Source: Phycisphaerales bacterium (GTDB lineage Bacteria > Planctomycetota > Phycisphaerae > Sedimentisphaerales > Anaerobacaceae). From it: a DNA stretch of 39,167 bases. The notes beneath the pieces are model-generated. The model made no database searches and was not told the origin of the DNA. It was given only the letters and a program-made list of their open reading frames with translations. How positions within the stretch are numbered: the stretch's first letter is position 1; each line of letters begins with the position of its first letter. Position numbers and translations under genes: made by a program. Shown piece after piece: positions 18,507 through 26,430 of this stretch. Location: NCBI GenBank assembly GCA_003533825.1, contig DQCG01000609.1:1-39167 (forward strand), given 5' to 3'.

Positions 18507-20111
18507 ATGATCGAATTCGACCCAACATTAGTGCACGAGTGGCTTTCCCGCTCCGCCCGGCGTTTTCCGGACAAGGCTGCCCTTATATGCGGCCGGAAGC
18601 GCTGGACATACAAAACACTTGATCAACGTGCCGGACATCTGGCTGCCGCTTTGATGGATGCGGGAGTTCGCCGCCAGGACAGGATTGTAGTGTTCCTGGA
18701 CAACTCCGCGGAAACCGTAATTTCATTGTACGGGATTCTAAAGGCCGGCGGGATTTTCACCATATTGGCCGGCTCCATGAAGGGGGCAAAGCTACGATAC
18801 ATCCTGGAAAACTCCGGGGCCAGCATTTTGATTGCCCATACGAGCAAAGCCCGGGTTGTACAAGATGCACTGAGTGAAGGAGCCGGAGACTGCAATGTAA
18901 TCTGGGTGGGACCGACGAAACGAATCCCGGAACAACTCTCAGAATCTTCGCAGAGCTGGGATGGGATATTTTCCGATTTTTCCGAGAAAGACGGGGATAA
19001 ATATGATGACAGCCGGCTGCCTCGCTGTGTTGATGTGGATTTGGCCACGCTTATTTATACCTCCGGCTCGACGGGTGAGCCAAAGGGTGTTATGTCCACT
19101 CACCACAACATGATCTCGGCGGCAAGAAGTATCGTTCAGTACATCGGGAACGTCGATGATGATATTATTCTGGATGTGCTGCCTCTGTCGTTCGATTACG
19201 GCCTCTACCAGGTCATCATGGCATTTATGTTTGGCGGCACCGTGGTTCTTGAAAAATCTTTTCTCTATCTTCACAGCGTTCTCGAACGCATCGCCCAGGA
19301 GAAAGTGACCGGATTCCCTATTGTCCCCACAATTGTGGCTATGCTGCTGAAGCTGCAGGATTTGAAAAAATATGATTTCAGCACGCTTCGCTACATGACC
19401 AACACCGGGGCGGCACTTCCGGTAGATCATATCCAGAGGCTCAGAAAAATGTTCCCCCAGGTGACGATGATTTCCATGTTCGGCCTGACCGAGTGCAAGC
19501 GGGTTAGCTATCTGCCGCCGGAAGAGCTGGACCGGATACCGGCGTCGGTCGGCAAGGCGATGCCGAACTGCGAGGTCTTCGTCGTCGATGAAGATGGCCG
19601 CCAGGTCGCCCCGGGCGAAACGGGAGAGCTGATTATAAGAGGCTCGAATGTAATGCAGGGCTACTGGGCGGACCCGGAAATGACCGCCAGGACCTATCGA
19701 GACGGAAAATATCCGAGCGGCAGAATACTCTATTCCGGCGATTATTTCCGCCAGGATGAGCAGGGCTTTCTTTATTTTCTTGGCAGGAAAGATGACATGA
19801 TCAAGAGCAAGGGCGAGCGTATAAGCGCCAAGGAGGTTGAGAATAATATTTCCAGTATGGAGGGCGTCGCGGAGGTGGCGGTTATCGGGGTGCCGGATGA
19901 GATTTTCGGCCAGGCAATTAAGGCGTATATTGTGCCGGCCCCGGGCGTCGAGCTGGCCGAAAAGCAGGTATTGAAATACTGTGCCGCGAATATGGAAACT
20001 TTCATGGTGCCGAAATACATCGAGTTCCTCGACAGCCTGCCCAAGACACCGAACGGGAAAATCGACAAGAAACAGCTCAAAGCTAAGCAGCAGCCAAGCA
20101 TTACAAGCTGA
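18507..20111 (+). CDS. AMP-forming acyl-CoA/acyl-ACP ligase (ANL superfamily)
   Basis: A3 motif LIYTSGSTGEPKGV, FGLTE, YSGDYF..DEQGFLYFLGRKDDMIKSKGERIS, and the terminal PKTPNGKIDKK lysine. Confidence 0.9.
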   Translation: MIEFDPTLVHEWLSRSARRFPDKAALICGRKRWTYKTLDQRAGHLAAALMDAGVRRQDRIVVFLDNSAETVISLYGILKAGGIFTILAGSMKGAKLRYILENSGASILIAHTSKARVVQDALSEGAGDCNVIWVGPTKRIPEQLSESSQSWDGIFSDFSEKDGDKYDDSRLPRCVDVDLATLIYTSGSTGEPKGVMSTHHNMISAARSIVQYIGNVDDDIILDVLPLSFDYGLYQVIMAFMFGGTVVLEKSFLYLHSVLERIAQEKVTGFPIVPTIVAMLLKLQDLKKYDFSTLRYMTNTGAALPVDHIQRLRKMFPQVTMISMFGLTECKRVSYLPPEELDRIPASVGKAMPNCEVFVVDEDGRQVAPGETGELIIRGSNVMQGYWADPEMTARTYRDGKYPSGRILYSGDYFRQDEQGFLYFLGRKDDMIKSKGERISAKEVENNISSMEGVAEVAVIGVPDEIFGQAIKAYIVPAPGVELAEKQVLKYCAANMETFMVPKYIEFLDSLPKTPNGKIDKKQLKAKQQPSITS

Positions 20112-20134
20112 AGAGAGACACTTTCAAAAGTCAC

Positions 20135-21385
20135 ATGGCAAGCGGAATCGAATTATCTAAAGATATGAATTTGTACGAATCCTACGGGCGATTCATCAGC
20201 TCCTCATATCCCCCGTTTTTGAACAAGCTGGGATTGAACAAAGTCGCGGTCAAAGCTCAGGGAGCCACTATTACCGATTCGGACGGCAAGACTTACATCG
20301 ATTGCGTCGGCGGTTACGGCCTGTTTAACCTGGGGCACAATAATCCGGAGATAATCGAATCCCTTACCCACCAGTTGAAAGAGCAGCAGTTATTCACAAA
20401 ACCTCTTATCAGTGAAATTCAGGTCAGGATGGCGGAGCTTATCGCGAAAATTGCGCCCGGTGACCTGGAGTGTTCATTTATCCTGAACAGCGGCTCTGAA
20501 GCTATAGACTGCGCTATCAAGTTGGCGAGGCTCCACAGGGGCGGAAAAACAATTATAACAGCTCAAAAATCTTTTCACGGCCATACATTTGGTGCACTTA
20601 CGGCATCCGGCATTCCTTCCTTCAAGAGAGCCTTCCAGCCGCTTCTGCCGGGCTTTATAAGTGTTCCGTTCGGCGATATCGAGGCGCTCGAGCGATCCAT
20701 ATCGCTGGAAACCGGGGCAGTGCTGATAGAGCCGATTCAGCATGAGGCGGGGATTTTCCTGCCGCCGGACGGCTATCTTCAAAAGGTGCGCAAACTGTGT
20801 GACGAGCACAACCTGATAATGATTTTGGATGAGATAAAAACCGGCTTCGGCAAAACAGGCCGCATGTTCGCATGTGAACATTATAATGTAGTGCCGGATA
20901 TACTCGTTCTTGGCAAATCCCTGGGCGGCGGATTGATTCCAACCGGGGCGGTTGTAGCCAAAAGTCATCTTTGGAAGAGATTCGGATTAAGTTTTGCAAT
21001 GTCGGCGTCATCTTACGCCGGCAATGTGCTTGCCTGCCGGGCGGGTATATCAGCAATCCGGTATATCCAGCGAGTAAATCTGCCGGCAGACTGTGCGGAA
21101 AAGGGAAAGATGCTTCTTCGTTCGTTCAGAGATTACGTCGCAGAATATCCGGATATTCTGCGGTCTGCCGATGGTTTGGGTCTTTTGATTGGAATAGAAA
21201 CTCAAAGCCCCAGGATAGCGCTCGAACTGGCGGTAGAAATGATTCGGCGGGGCGTTATACTGGTTCCGGCTTTTGGCAGTTCATCCGTCCTGATGGTTGA
21301 GCCGCCGTTAGTCATATCTTTTAAGCAAATTCGGGCGGTTGTAGATTCGTTTGCGGCCGCATGTGTTAAAGTTAACGGTACTTAA
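20135..21385 (+). CDS. class-III PLP-dependent aminotransferase (acetylornithine/putrescine aminotransferase-like)
   Basis: NSGSEAIDCAIKLAR, ILDEIKTGFGKTGRMFA and DILVLGKSLGGG (Schiff-base lysine context). Confidence 0.9.
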   Translation: MASGIELSKDMNLYESYGRFISSSYPPFLNKLGLNKVAVKAQGATITDSDGKTYIDCVGGYGLFNLGHNNPEIIESLTHQLKEQQLFTKPLISEIQVRMAELIAKIAPGDLECSFILNSGSEAIDCAIKLARLHRGGKTIITAQKSFHGHTFGALTASGIPSFKRAFQPLLPGFISVPFGDIEALERSISLETGAVLIEPIQHEAGIFLPPDGYLQKVRKLCDEHNLIMILDEIKTGFGKTGRMFACEHYNVVPDILVLGKSLGGGLIPTGAVVAKSHLWKRFGLSFAMSASSYAGNVLACRAGISAIRYIQRVNLPADCAEKGKMLLRSFRDYVAEYPDILRSADGLGLLIGIETQSPRIALELAVEMIRRGVILVPAFGSSSVLMVEPPLVISFKQIRAVVDSFAAACVKVNGT

Positions 21386-21406
21386 AAAAGAGTAGGTGGT
21401 AATTAT

Positions 21407-22402
21407 ATGCAGACGTGTAAAAAATGTGTGTTAAACGAACGTTTTATCGGGATCCGGTTTGATGAAGAGGGCGTCTGTAATTTTTGCCGCTCGGCAAAAA
21501 ATCCGGATCAGCAGCGCTCTATCAGGGGCAAATATGAAGCCAAATTCCAGAAACTTATCGAGCAGAACAAAGGCAAAGGAAGTTACGATTGCCTGGTGGC
21601 CTACAGCGGTGGCAAGGACAGCACGTATACCCTCCACCTGTTACAGGAGCGATATGATCTGAGGCTCCTGGCGTATTCCTTCGACAACTGGTTTCAATCG
21701 GACAGGGCCAGGTGCAACATCCGTGCTGTCCTGAGCAATATTAACGTGGACCATTTAACTGTGATGCCAAGTTTCGAGGGCATGAAAAAGATTGTTCTGG
21801 CCTCCATGTCCGGCGATTTGTACCCGGCCAAGGCAATGGCACGGGCGTCAAGTATATGCACGAGCTGTATTTCTCTGATACGATTTATCGGTTTCAGGCT
21901 TACAATCGAGCAGGAAATTCCCTTTCTTATATTCGGGATGTCACCCGGTCAGGCGCCGATGGCTACGGCGGTAGTCAAGACAAATCCCCGGATGATAAGA
22001 ACGATGCAGGAAGCGCTGCTGCGTCCTCTGTCCGATCTATTGGGCGATATTATCAAGCCGTTCTTCCTGGAGCAGCGACACTTTGACAAGGTCGAACATT
22101 TTCCGTACAGCATCAATCCGCTGGCGTTTGCAGATTACGATGAGGATGTGATTTACAAGACTGCGGACAAATATGGTTGGAAAAAGCCCGATGACACGGA
22201 CGCCAACTCTACCAACTGTCTCTTGAATGCCCTGGCTAACCAGGTCCACCTGGATCAGTTCGGCGTCAATCCTTATGCTTATGAGATAGCCGAGCTGGTT
22301 CGCACCGGGTGCATGACGAGAGAAGAAGGTCTGGCCAGGCTGGCGGAACCTTTCCCGGCTGAGCAAATTGCAGCGGTGAAGAACAAGCTCGGAATCGACT
22401 GA
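21407..22402 (+). CDS. N-acetyl sugar amidotransferase (WbuX/WbpG/PseA-like PP-loop enzyme)
   Basis: N-terminal zinc-ribbon CKKCVLNERFIGIRFDEEGVCNFC, followed by the PP-loop VAYSGGKDSTY. Length and layout are typical of the family. Confidence 0.8.
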   Translation: MQTCKKCVLNERFIGIRFDEEGVCNFCRSAKNPDQQRSIRGKYEAKFQKLIEQNKGKGSYDCLVAYSGGKDSTYTLHLLQERYDLRLLAYSFDNWFQSDRARCNIRAVLSNINVDHLTVMPSFEGMKKIVLASMSGDLYPAKAMARASSICTSCISLIRFIGFRLTIEQEIPFLIFGMSPGQAPMATAVVKTNPRMIRTMQEALLRPLSDLLGDIIKPFFLEQRHFDKVEHFPYSINPLAFADYDEDVIYKTADKYGWKKPDDTDANSTNCLLNALANQVHLDQFGVNPYAYEIAELVRTGCMTREEGLARLAEPFPAEQIAAVKNKLGID

Positions 22403-22410
22403 TTCATTAC

Positions 22411-23280
22411 ATGAAAATCAGGACCATTTATATCTTCATAGCTGTGGTATGCGTATTGGCTCCTGGAATTATGATGATGGTTGTGACAAGAATAGAAACA
22501 AGGACAGACGTAAATAAAATAACGCTGCCCTCGATTGACGATGTCTCGGGAGAATCCTGGGCGAAACTTGCCGGCAAGAAGATTTTCTTCGGACATCAAT
22601 CGGTCGGATACAACATCATCGATGGAATATCGGATGTCATGAACGAACGTGACTGCATAAAACTCAACGTCCTTGAATCACACAAACCCGCGGTATTTGA
22701 CCAACCCGTTCTTGCTCATTCGCAGGTCGGAAGAAACACGGATCCCATCTCGAAGATCGAAAGCTTCGTGGATATTATGGATGCCGGCGCGGGCCGCAAG
22801 GTCGATATGGCATTTTTCAAGTTTTGTTATGTTGACATTATGCGGGATTCGGATCCGCAAAAAATATTCGATGCTTACAGCGCCGCGATTGAGGATCTAA
22901 AAGAGCGATATGCTGAAACAAGATTCATACACGTAACCGTCCCCCTGCGCTCAGCTCCAAAAGGGGCCGGGAAAAACCTGAAACAATCCGTCAAGTTGTT
23001 GATCGGCAGGCCGGGCGTTCTGGATGATAATATGATGCGCCAGCGTTATAACAAGTTGTTAAGGGACGCTTACTCTAAAACGGAGCCTTTCTTCGACTTG
23101 GCCCTGATAGAATCGATCAATCCGGACGGTTTTAGATGTTATGCCGTCAAGGGTGCGGAAAAAGTCGATTTCATGGCGTCCGAATACACCGAAGATGGCG
23201 GACATCTCAATGCCGAGGGCAGAAAAAAGATAGCCGAAAAAATACTTATAATTCTCGCTGAAACAGCGAACAGCATATAG
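22411..23280 (+). CDS. membrane-anchored SGNH/GDSL-like hydrolase-fold protein (putative O-acyl esterase/transfer partner)
   Basis: N-terminal anchor IRTIYIFIAVVCVLAPGIMMMVV. Block-I-like FFGHQSVGYN and block-V-like EDGGHLNAEG (DxxH). The assignment is tentative. Confidence 0.55.
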   Translation: MKIRTIYIFIAVVCVLAPGIMMMVVTRIETRTDVNKITLPSIDDVSGESWAKLAGKKIFFGHQSVGYNIIDGISDVMNERDCIKLNVLESHKPAVFDQPVLAHSQVGRNTDPISKIESFVDIMDAGAGRKVDMAFFKFCYVDIMRDSDPQKIFDAYSAAIEDLKERYAETRFIHVTVPLRSAPKGAGKNLKQSVKLLIGRPGVLDDNMMRQRYNKLLRDAYSKTEPFFDLALIESINPDGFRCYAVKGAEKVDFMASEYTEDGGHLNAEGRKKIAEKILIILAETANSI

Positions 23281-23328
23281 ACCGCAACTACGATATTTTG
23301 TTCTTAAGATTTTGTTGGAAGTTACAAA

Positions 23329-24342
23329 GTGAATTTACTTACCGGTAAAAATACAGTAGGAATGCTATTGAGCTCGATTCTTAGAGTCAAACCAGCGGTT
23401 GCCTCCGGGAAAGCCCGGATAGCAAATATAGAACGACTGCGTATTTTATCTGCGTTCGGTGTCGCCTCCTTTCATATCCATGATTGGTTTCCGCGAAGCC
23501 TTGGCGTGGTTGGCTTTATTGTCTTTTTGCTGACTTTCTGTATATTTGTCGTGAATAAGCCAGAGCCGTATGCAATGGCCCATCTGATAAAGCAAAAGTC
23601 CGGGCGTCTGCTGAAACCGTGGCTGTTTTGGTCGGGTATATATGGCTTGCTTAAACTGCTAAAGATAGTGTACATGAACGTGTCGTTTTCGGAAGTTTTT
23701 TCTCCGACGATGATTTTGACCGGCACTCGAATACATCTCTGGTTTCTGCCTTTCGCTTTCTTTGCAGCTCTGCTCCTTGCATTAATACATCGAAGAATAG
23801 TAAATGTTTCTAAGTCATTAACTATAATAACTGCAATTCTAATCGGAGTTGTCTGTGTACTTGTCTGTTCAATTATCCAGTCCCGGATTCAGCCGCCCAA
23901 GCCGCTGACACAATGGACTTTAGGTTTGCCGGCAATACCTCTGGGTTTCGCTATTGGTCGAATTACACTTTTGCGAAAAGCTGAAGAAAGGCGAAATATG
24001 TACCTGGTTATAGTTTTTTCAACGACGGTGGCGTGTGCATTATTTGCCTGGCTGGGCAATGGCACCTGGATGGGCTATGGCAGTACGTTTGCGATTCGAT
24101 ATTGTGTATCTTTGGCAATAGTCTGTTCTGCTTTGCATTGGAAGGGGAACTTCGGACCGATTTCGAGCAAGTTAGCATCTTTATCTTATGGAATTTATCT
24201 TATCCATCCCCTGGTAGTGGGTCCCTTTTATCAATTTGGAATAGCTATACAGCATCCGTTGATTTTGCTGTTTATAGTGCTGTTTATTTCCTTACTGATA
24301 ACGTTTATTCTTAGTAAAACACCGTTGAGGCAGTTTGTTTGA
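23329..24342 (+). CDS. acyltransferase family 3 (AT3) integral membrane O-acyltransferase
   Basis: GTG start. NIERLRILSAFGVASFHI (conserved AT3 R...H motif), about 10 hydrophobic helices, and C-terminal LSYGIYLIHPLV. Confidence 0.8.
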   Translation: MNLLTGKNTVGMLLSSILRVKPAVASGKARIANIERLRILSAFGVASFHIHDWFPRSLGVVGFIVFLLTFCIFVVNKPEPYAMAHLIKQKSGRLLKPWLFWSGIYGLLKLLKIVYMNVSFSEVFSPTMILTGTRIHLWFLPFAFFAALLLALIHRRIVNVSKSLTIITAILIGVVCVLVCSIIQSRIQPPKPLTQWTLGLPAIPLGFAIGRITLLRKAEERRNMYLVIVFSTTVACALFAWLGNGTWMGYGSTFAIRYCVSLAIVCSALHWKGNFGPISSKLASLSYGIYLIHPLVVGPFYQFGIAIQHPLILLFIVLFISLLITFILSKTPLRQFV

Positions 24343-24367
24343 TATCGGCAGGGCTGAAAGCATCTAA

Positions 24368-26335
24368 ATGCAGAATATCAAAGCTGTTATACTTGTAGGC
24401 AATAGCGACTTCGGACGGTGTCCGCTGGCGTCACGCTTGCCGCCGGCTTTGTGGCCGGTGGCGGGAAAACCTGCGCTGGAACGCCTGCTGAACCATTTGG
24501 CCGATCAGGGTATAAAGCAGGCGGTTGTTTGTGGCGGAGGTGCCGCTTTTTTACTGGCTAAAACGATTCTCACCGATGATCGTTTGGATATGGATTTTTT
24601 CGATGAATCGTTGCCGGTGGGTACCGCAGGTTGTATTCGCGGAGGTGTGAGCGAGCAAACCGATGAATTACTCCTGGTATTTCCCGCCGGTATATTATGT
24701 CCGCCGGAAGTAGATGTGCTGATGAAGGTGCACCGTGATGGCCGATCTGATGTAACTGTGATGTTGAATCCCACTTACGGAGACGATATATATTCGGAGC
24801 AGGCGTCCGGAATATATGTCTGCAATCCGTGCATCCTGGAACATATACCAAAGGCCGGTTATTTTGATATTAAGGAAGGCTTAATTCCTGAAATGCTCCG
24901 GGTCGGAAGGACAGTTCATGCAGCAAGGTTACCGAATCACGCCGGGAATTTTCGGAATCGGCAAGAATACTTATTTGCAATTTCCGATTACCTTGAAAAT
25001 GTCCCAAAACTGAATGCGGATTTGAAGCTCCTGAAAAGTTCCGATTCCGAAAATGTGTGGTTGGCGGCGAATGCCAGGGTGGACCTTCAGGCAAGAGTTG
25101 ATGGACCGGCTATTATTATGGACGGCGCAACAGTATCAAGCGGAGCAGTTGTTCTCGGGCCGGCTATCCTTGGAAAAAACGCTGCTATCGGCAAAGACAG
25201 CGTTGTAACGAATGGTGTGCTGTGGGACGGCGTACAAGTGGGCTCAAATTGCCTGATCAGGAAATGCGTTATCGACTTTCATGCATCTGTTCAAGATAAT
25301 ACTGTTGTGGAGGAGAAGTCCATACCATTTAAACCGGAGGGGATGTTGAGGCGTGCGGTCAGTCTTGCCTCTGAGGTTGCAAAAAATAACGCGGACAAAT
25401 TGCAGAGGGTATTACAACCACTTGACAAAATTTACGAAATATTGCCGGATTGGACCTGGTTGAGCAGAAAGAGTATTATTGCACTCCTCGGATCCGGCCT
25501 TGTTTTAATAGTTTTTCTCTGGTCTTACTGGTCCGGCCTTGGGGAGCTTTGGAGTTTGTTGCTGAGAAGTGATGAATATTCAGCCGGCCTGTTTGTTCCT
25601 TTTCTAAGTGTTTATATCTTGTGGTCAAGGCGACATGATATTGCTCAGTGCCCCGTTAAGCCTTCTATCTGGGGGCTGTTTGCCTTCATGGCGGCCCAGG
25701 CGATAAGACTTTTAGGGTTGTTCCTTATGTACAGTTCAGCGGAAAGATTATCTATCATCCTGAGCATTGCCGCATTGGTATTGCTGTTGTTTGGCTGGCA
25801 GCTTTTCCGGAAGGTATCTACGATATTATTGTTCCTGTGTTTAATGCTGCCTTTGCCTAACATGTTGCAGTACTTCATCGGGTTGCGCCTGCAAAACTGG
25901 GCCACTTCATCGGCGGTGTTCTGCCTTGAAATAATCGGATACGAGGTTATCCAGGAAGGCAATATAATTAATATTGGCAATGCGAGCGTTGCTGTAGTTG
26001 AAGCTTGTAACGGCTTAAGGATGATTACAGCTTTTTTTGTGATTACCGGGCTGGTTGTCCTGCTGGTCAAGCGGAAATGGTGGGAAAAGCTTATAATTCT
26101 GGCATCCAGCCTGCCCATCGCCTTACTTTGTAACACCATACGATTGGCAATTACAGCCGTGTTTTTCACAGTTCTTGAGGGTGAGTATTGGGAAAAAATA
26201 TTCCACGACTTTGGCGGGTATGCAATGATGCCATTGGCTCTTGCTGTGGTGGTTGGTGAGCTTTGGCTTTTGGCAAAACTGACTGTGCTTCCGGAAACGG
26301 AAGAAGCAATAATAATTACACGACAGAGGGGATGA
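24368..26335 (+). CDS. fusion protein: N-terminal nucleotidyltransferase-like + LbH module, C-terminal exosortase (EpsH/Xrt family)
   Basis: Exosortase part (about nt 25450-26335): SDEYSAGLFVPFLSVYILWSRR, VEACNGLRM (Cys547, nt 26006-26008), CNTIRLA (Arg592, nt 26141-26143) and FHDFGGY (His613, nt 26204-26206). N-terminal part: KAVILVG...WPVAGKPALERLLNHL and the LbH turns VVLGPAILGKNAAIGKDSVVTNGVLWDGVQVGSNCLIRKCVI. Confidence 0.85.
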   Translation: MQNIKAVILVGNSDFGRCPLASRLPPALWPVAGKPALERLLNHLADQGIKQAVVCGGGAAFLLAKTILTDDRLDMDFFDESLPVGTAGCIRGGVSEQTDELLLVFPAGILCPPEVDVLMKVHRDGRSDVTVMLNPTYGDDIYSEQASGIYVCNPCILEHIPKAGYFDIKEGLIPEMLRVGRTVHAARLPNHAGNFRNRQEYLFAISDYLENVPKLNADLKLLKSSDSENVWLAANARVDLQARVDGPAIIMDGATVSSGAVVLGPAILGKNAAIGKDSVVTNGVLWDGVQVGSNCLIRKCVIDFHASVQDNTVVEEKSIPFKPEGMLRRAVSLASEVAKNNADKLQRVLQPLDKIYEILPDWTWLSRKSIIALLGSGLVLIVFLWSYWSGLGELWSLLLRSDEYSAGLFVPFLSVYILWSRRHDIAQCPVKPSIWGLFAFMAAQAIRLLGLFLMYSSAERLSIILSIAALVLLLFGWQLFRKVSTILLFLCLMLPLPNMLQYFIGLRLQNWATSSAVFCLEIIGYEVIQEGNIINIGNASVAVVEACNGLRMITAFFVITGLVVLLVKRKWWEKLIILASSLPIALLCNTIRLAITAVFFTVLEGEYWEKIFHDFGGYAMMPLALAVVVGELWLLAKLTVLPETEEAIIITRQRG

Positions 26336-26430
26336 AGAACTATTTGTAGCGTTCCATTTTGCGAAAGACTGCAAAATGAAGCTCGAAACCTGGTCAGAAT
26401 CACAAATCATTATCATAAGGAGTAATAGAA

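Noticed and set aside
25645-26403. 252-aa minus-strand ORF antisense to the exosortase domain
   Set aside because: The sense strand encodes the complete exosortase Cys/Arg/His motif set. The antisense translation is Ser/Thr/Ile-rich with no motifs. Shadow ORF.
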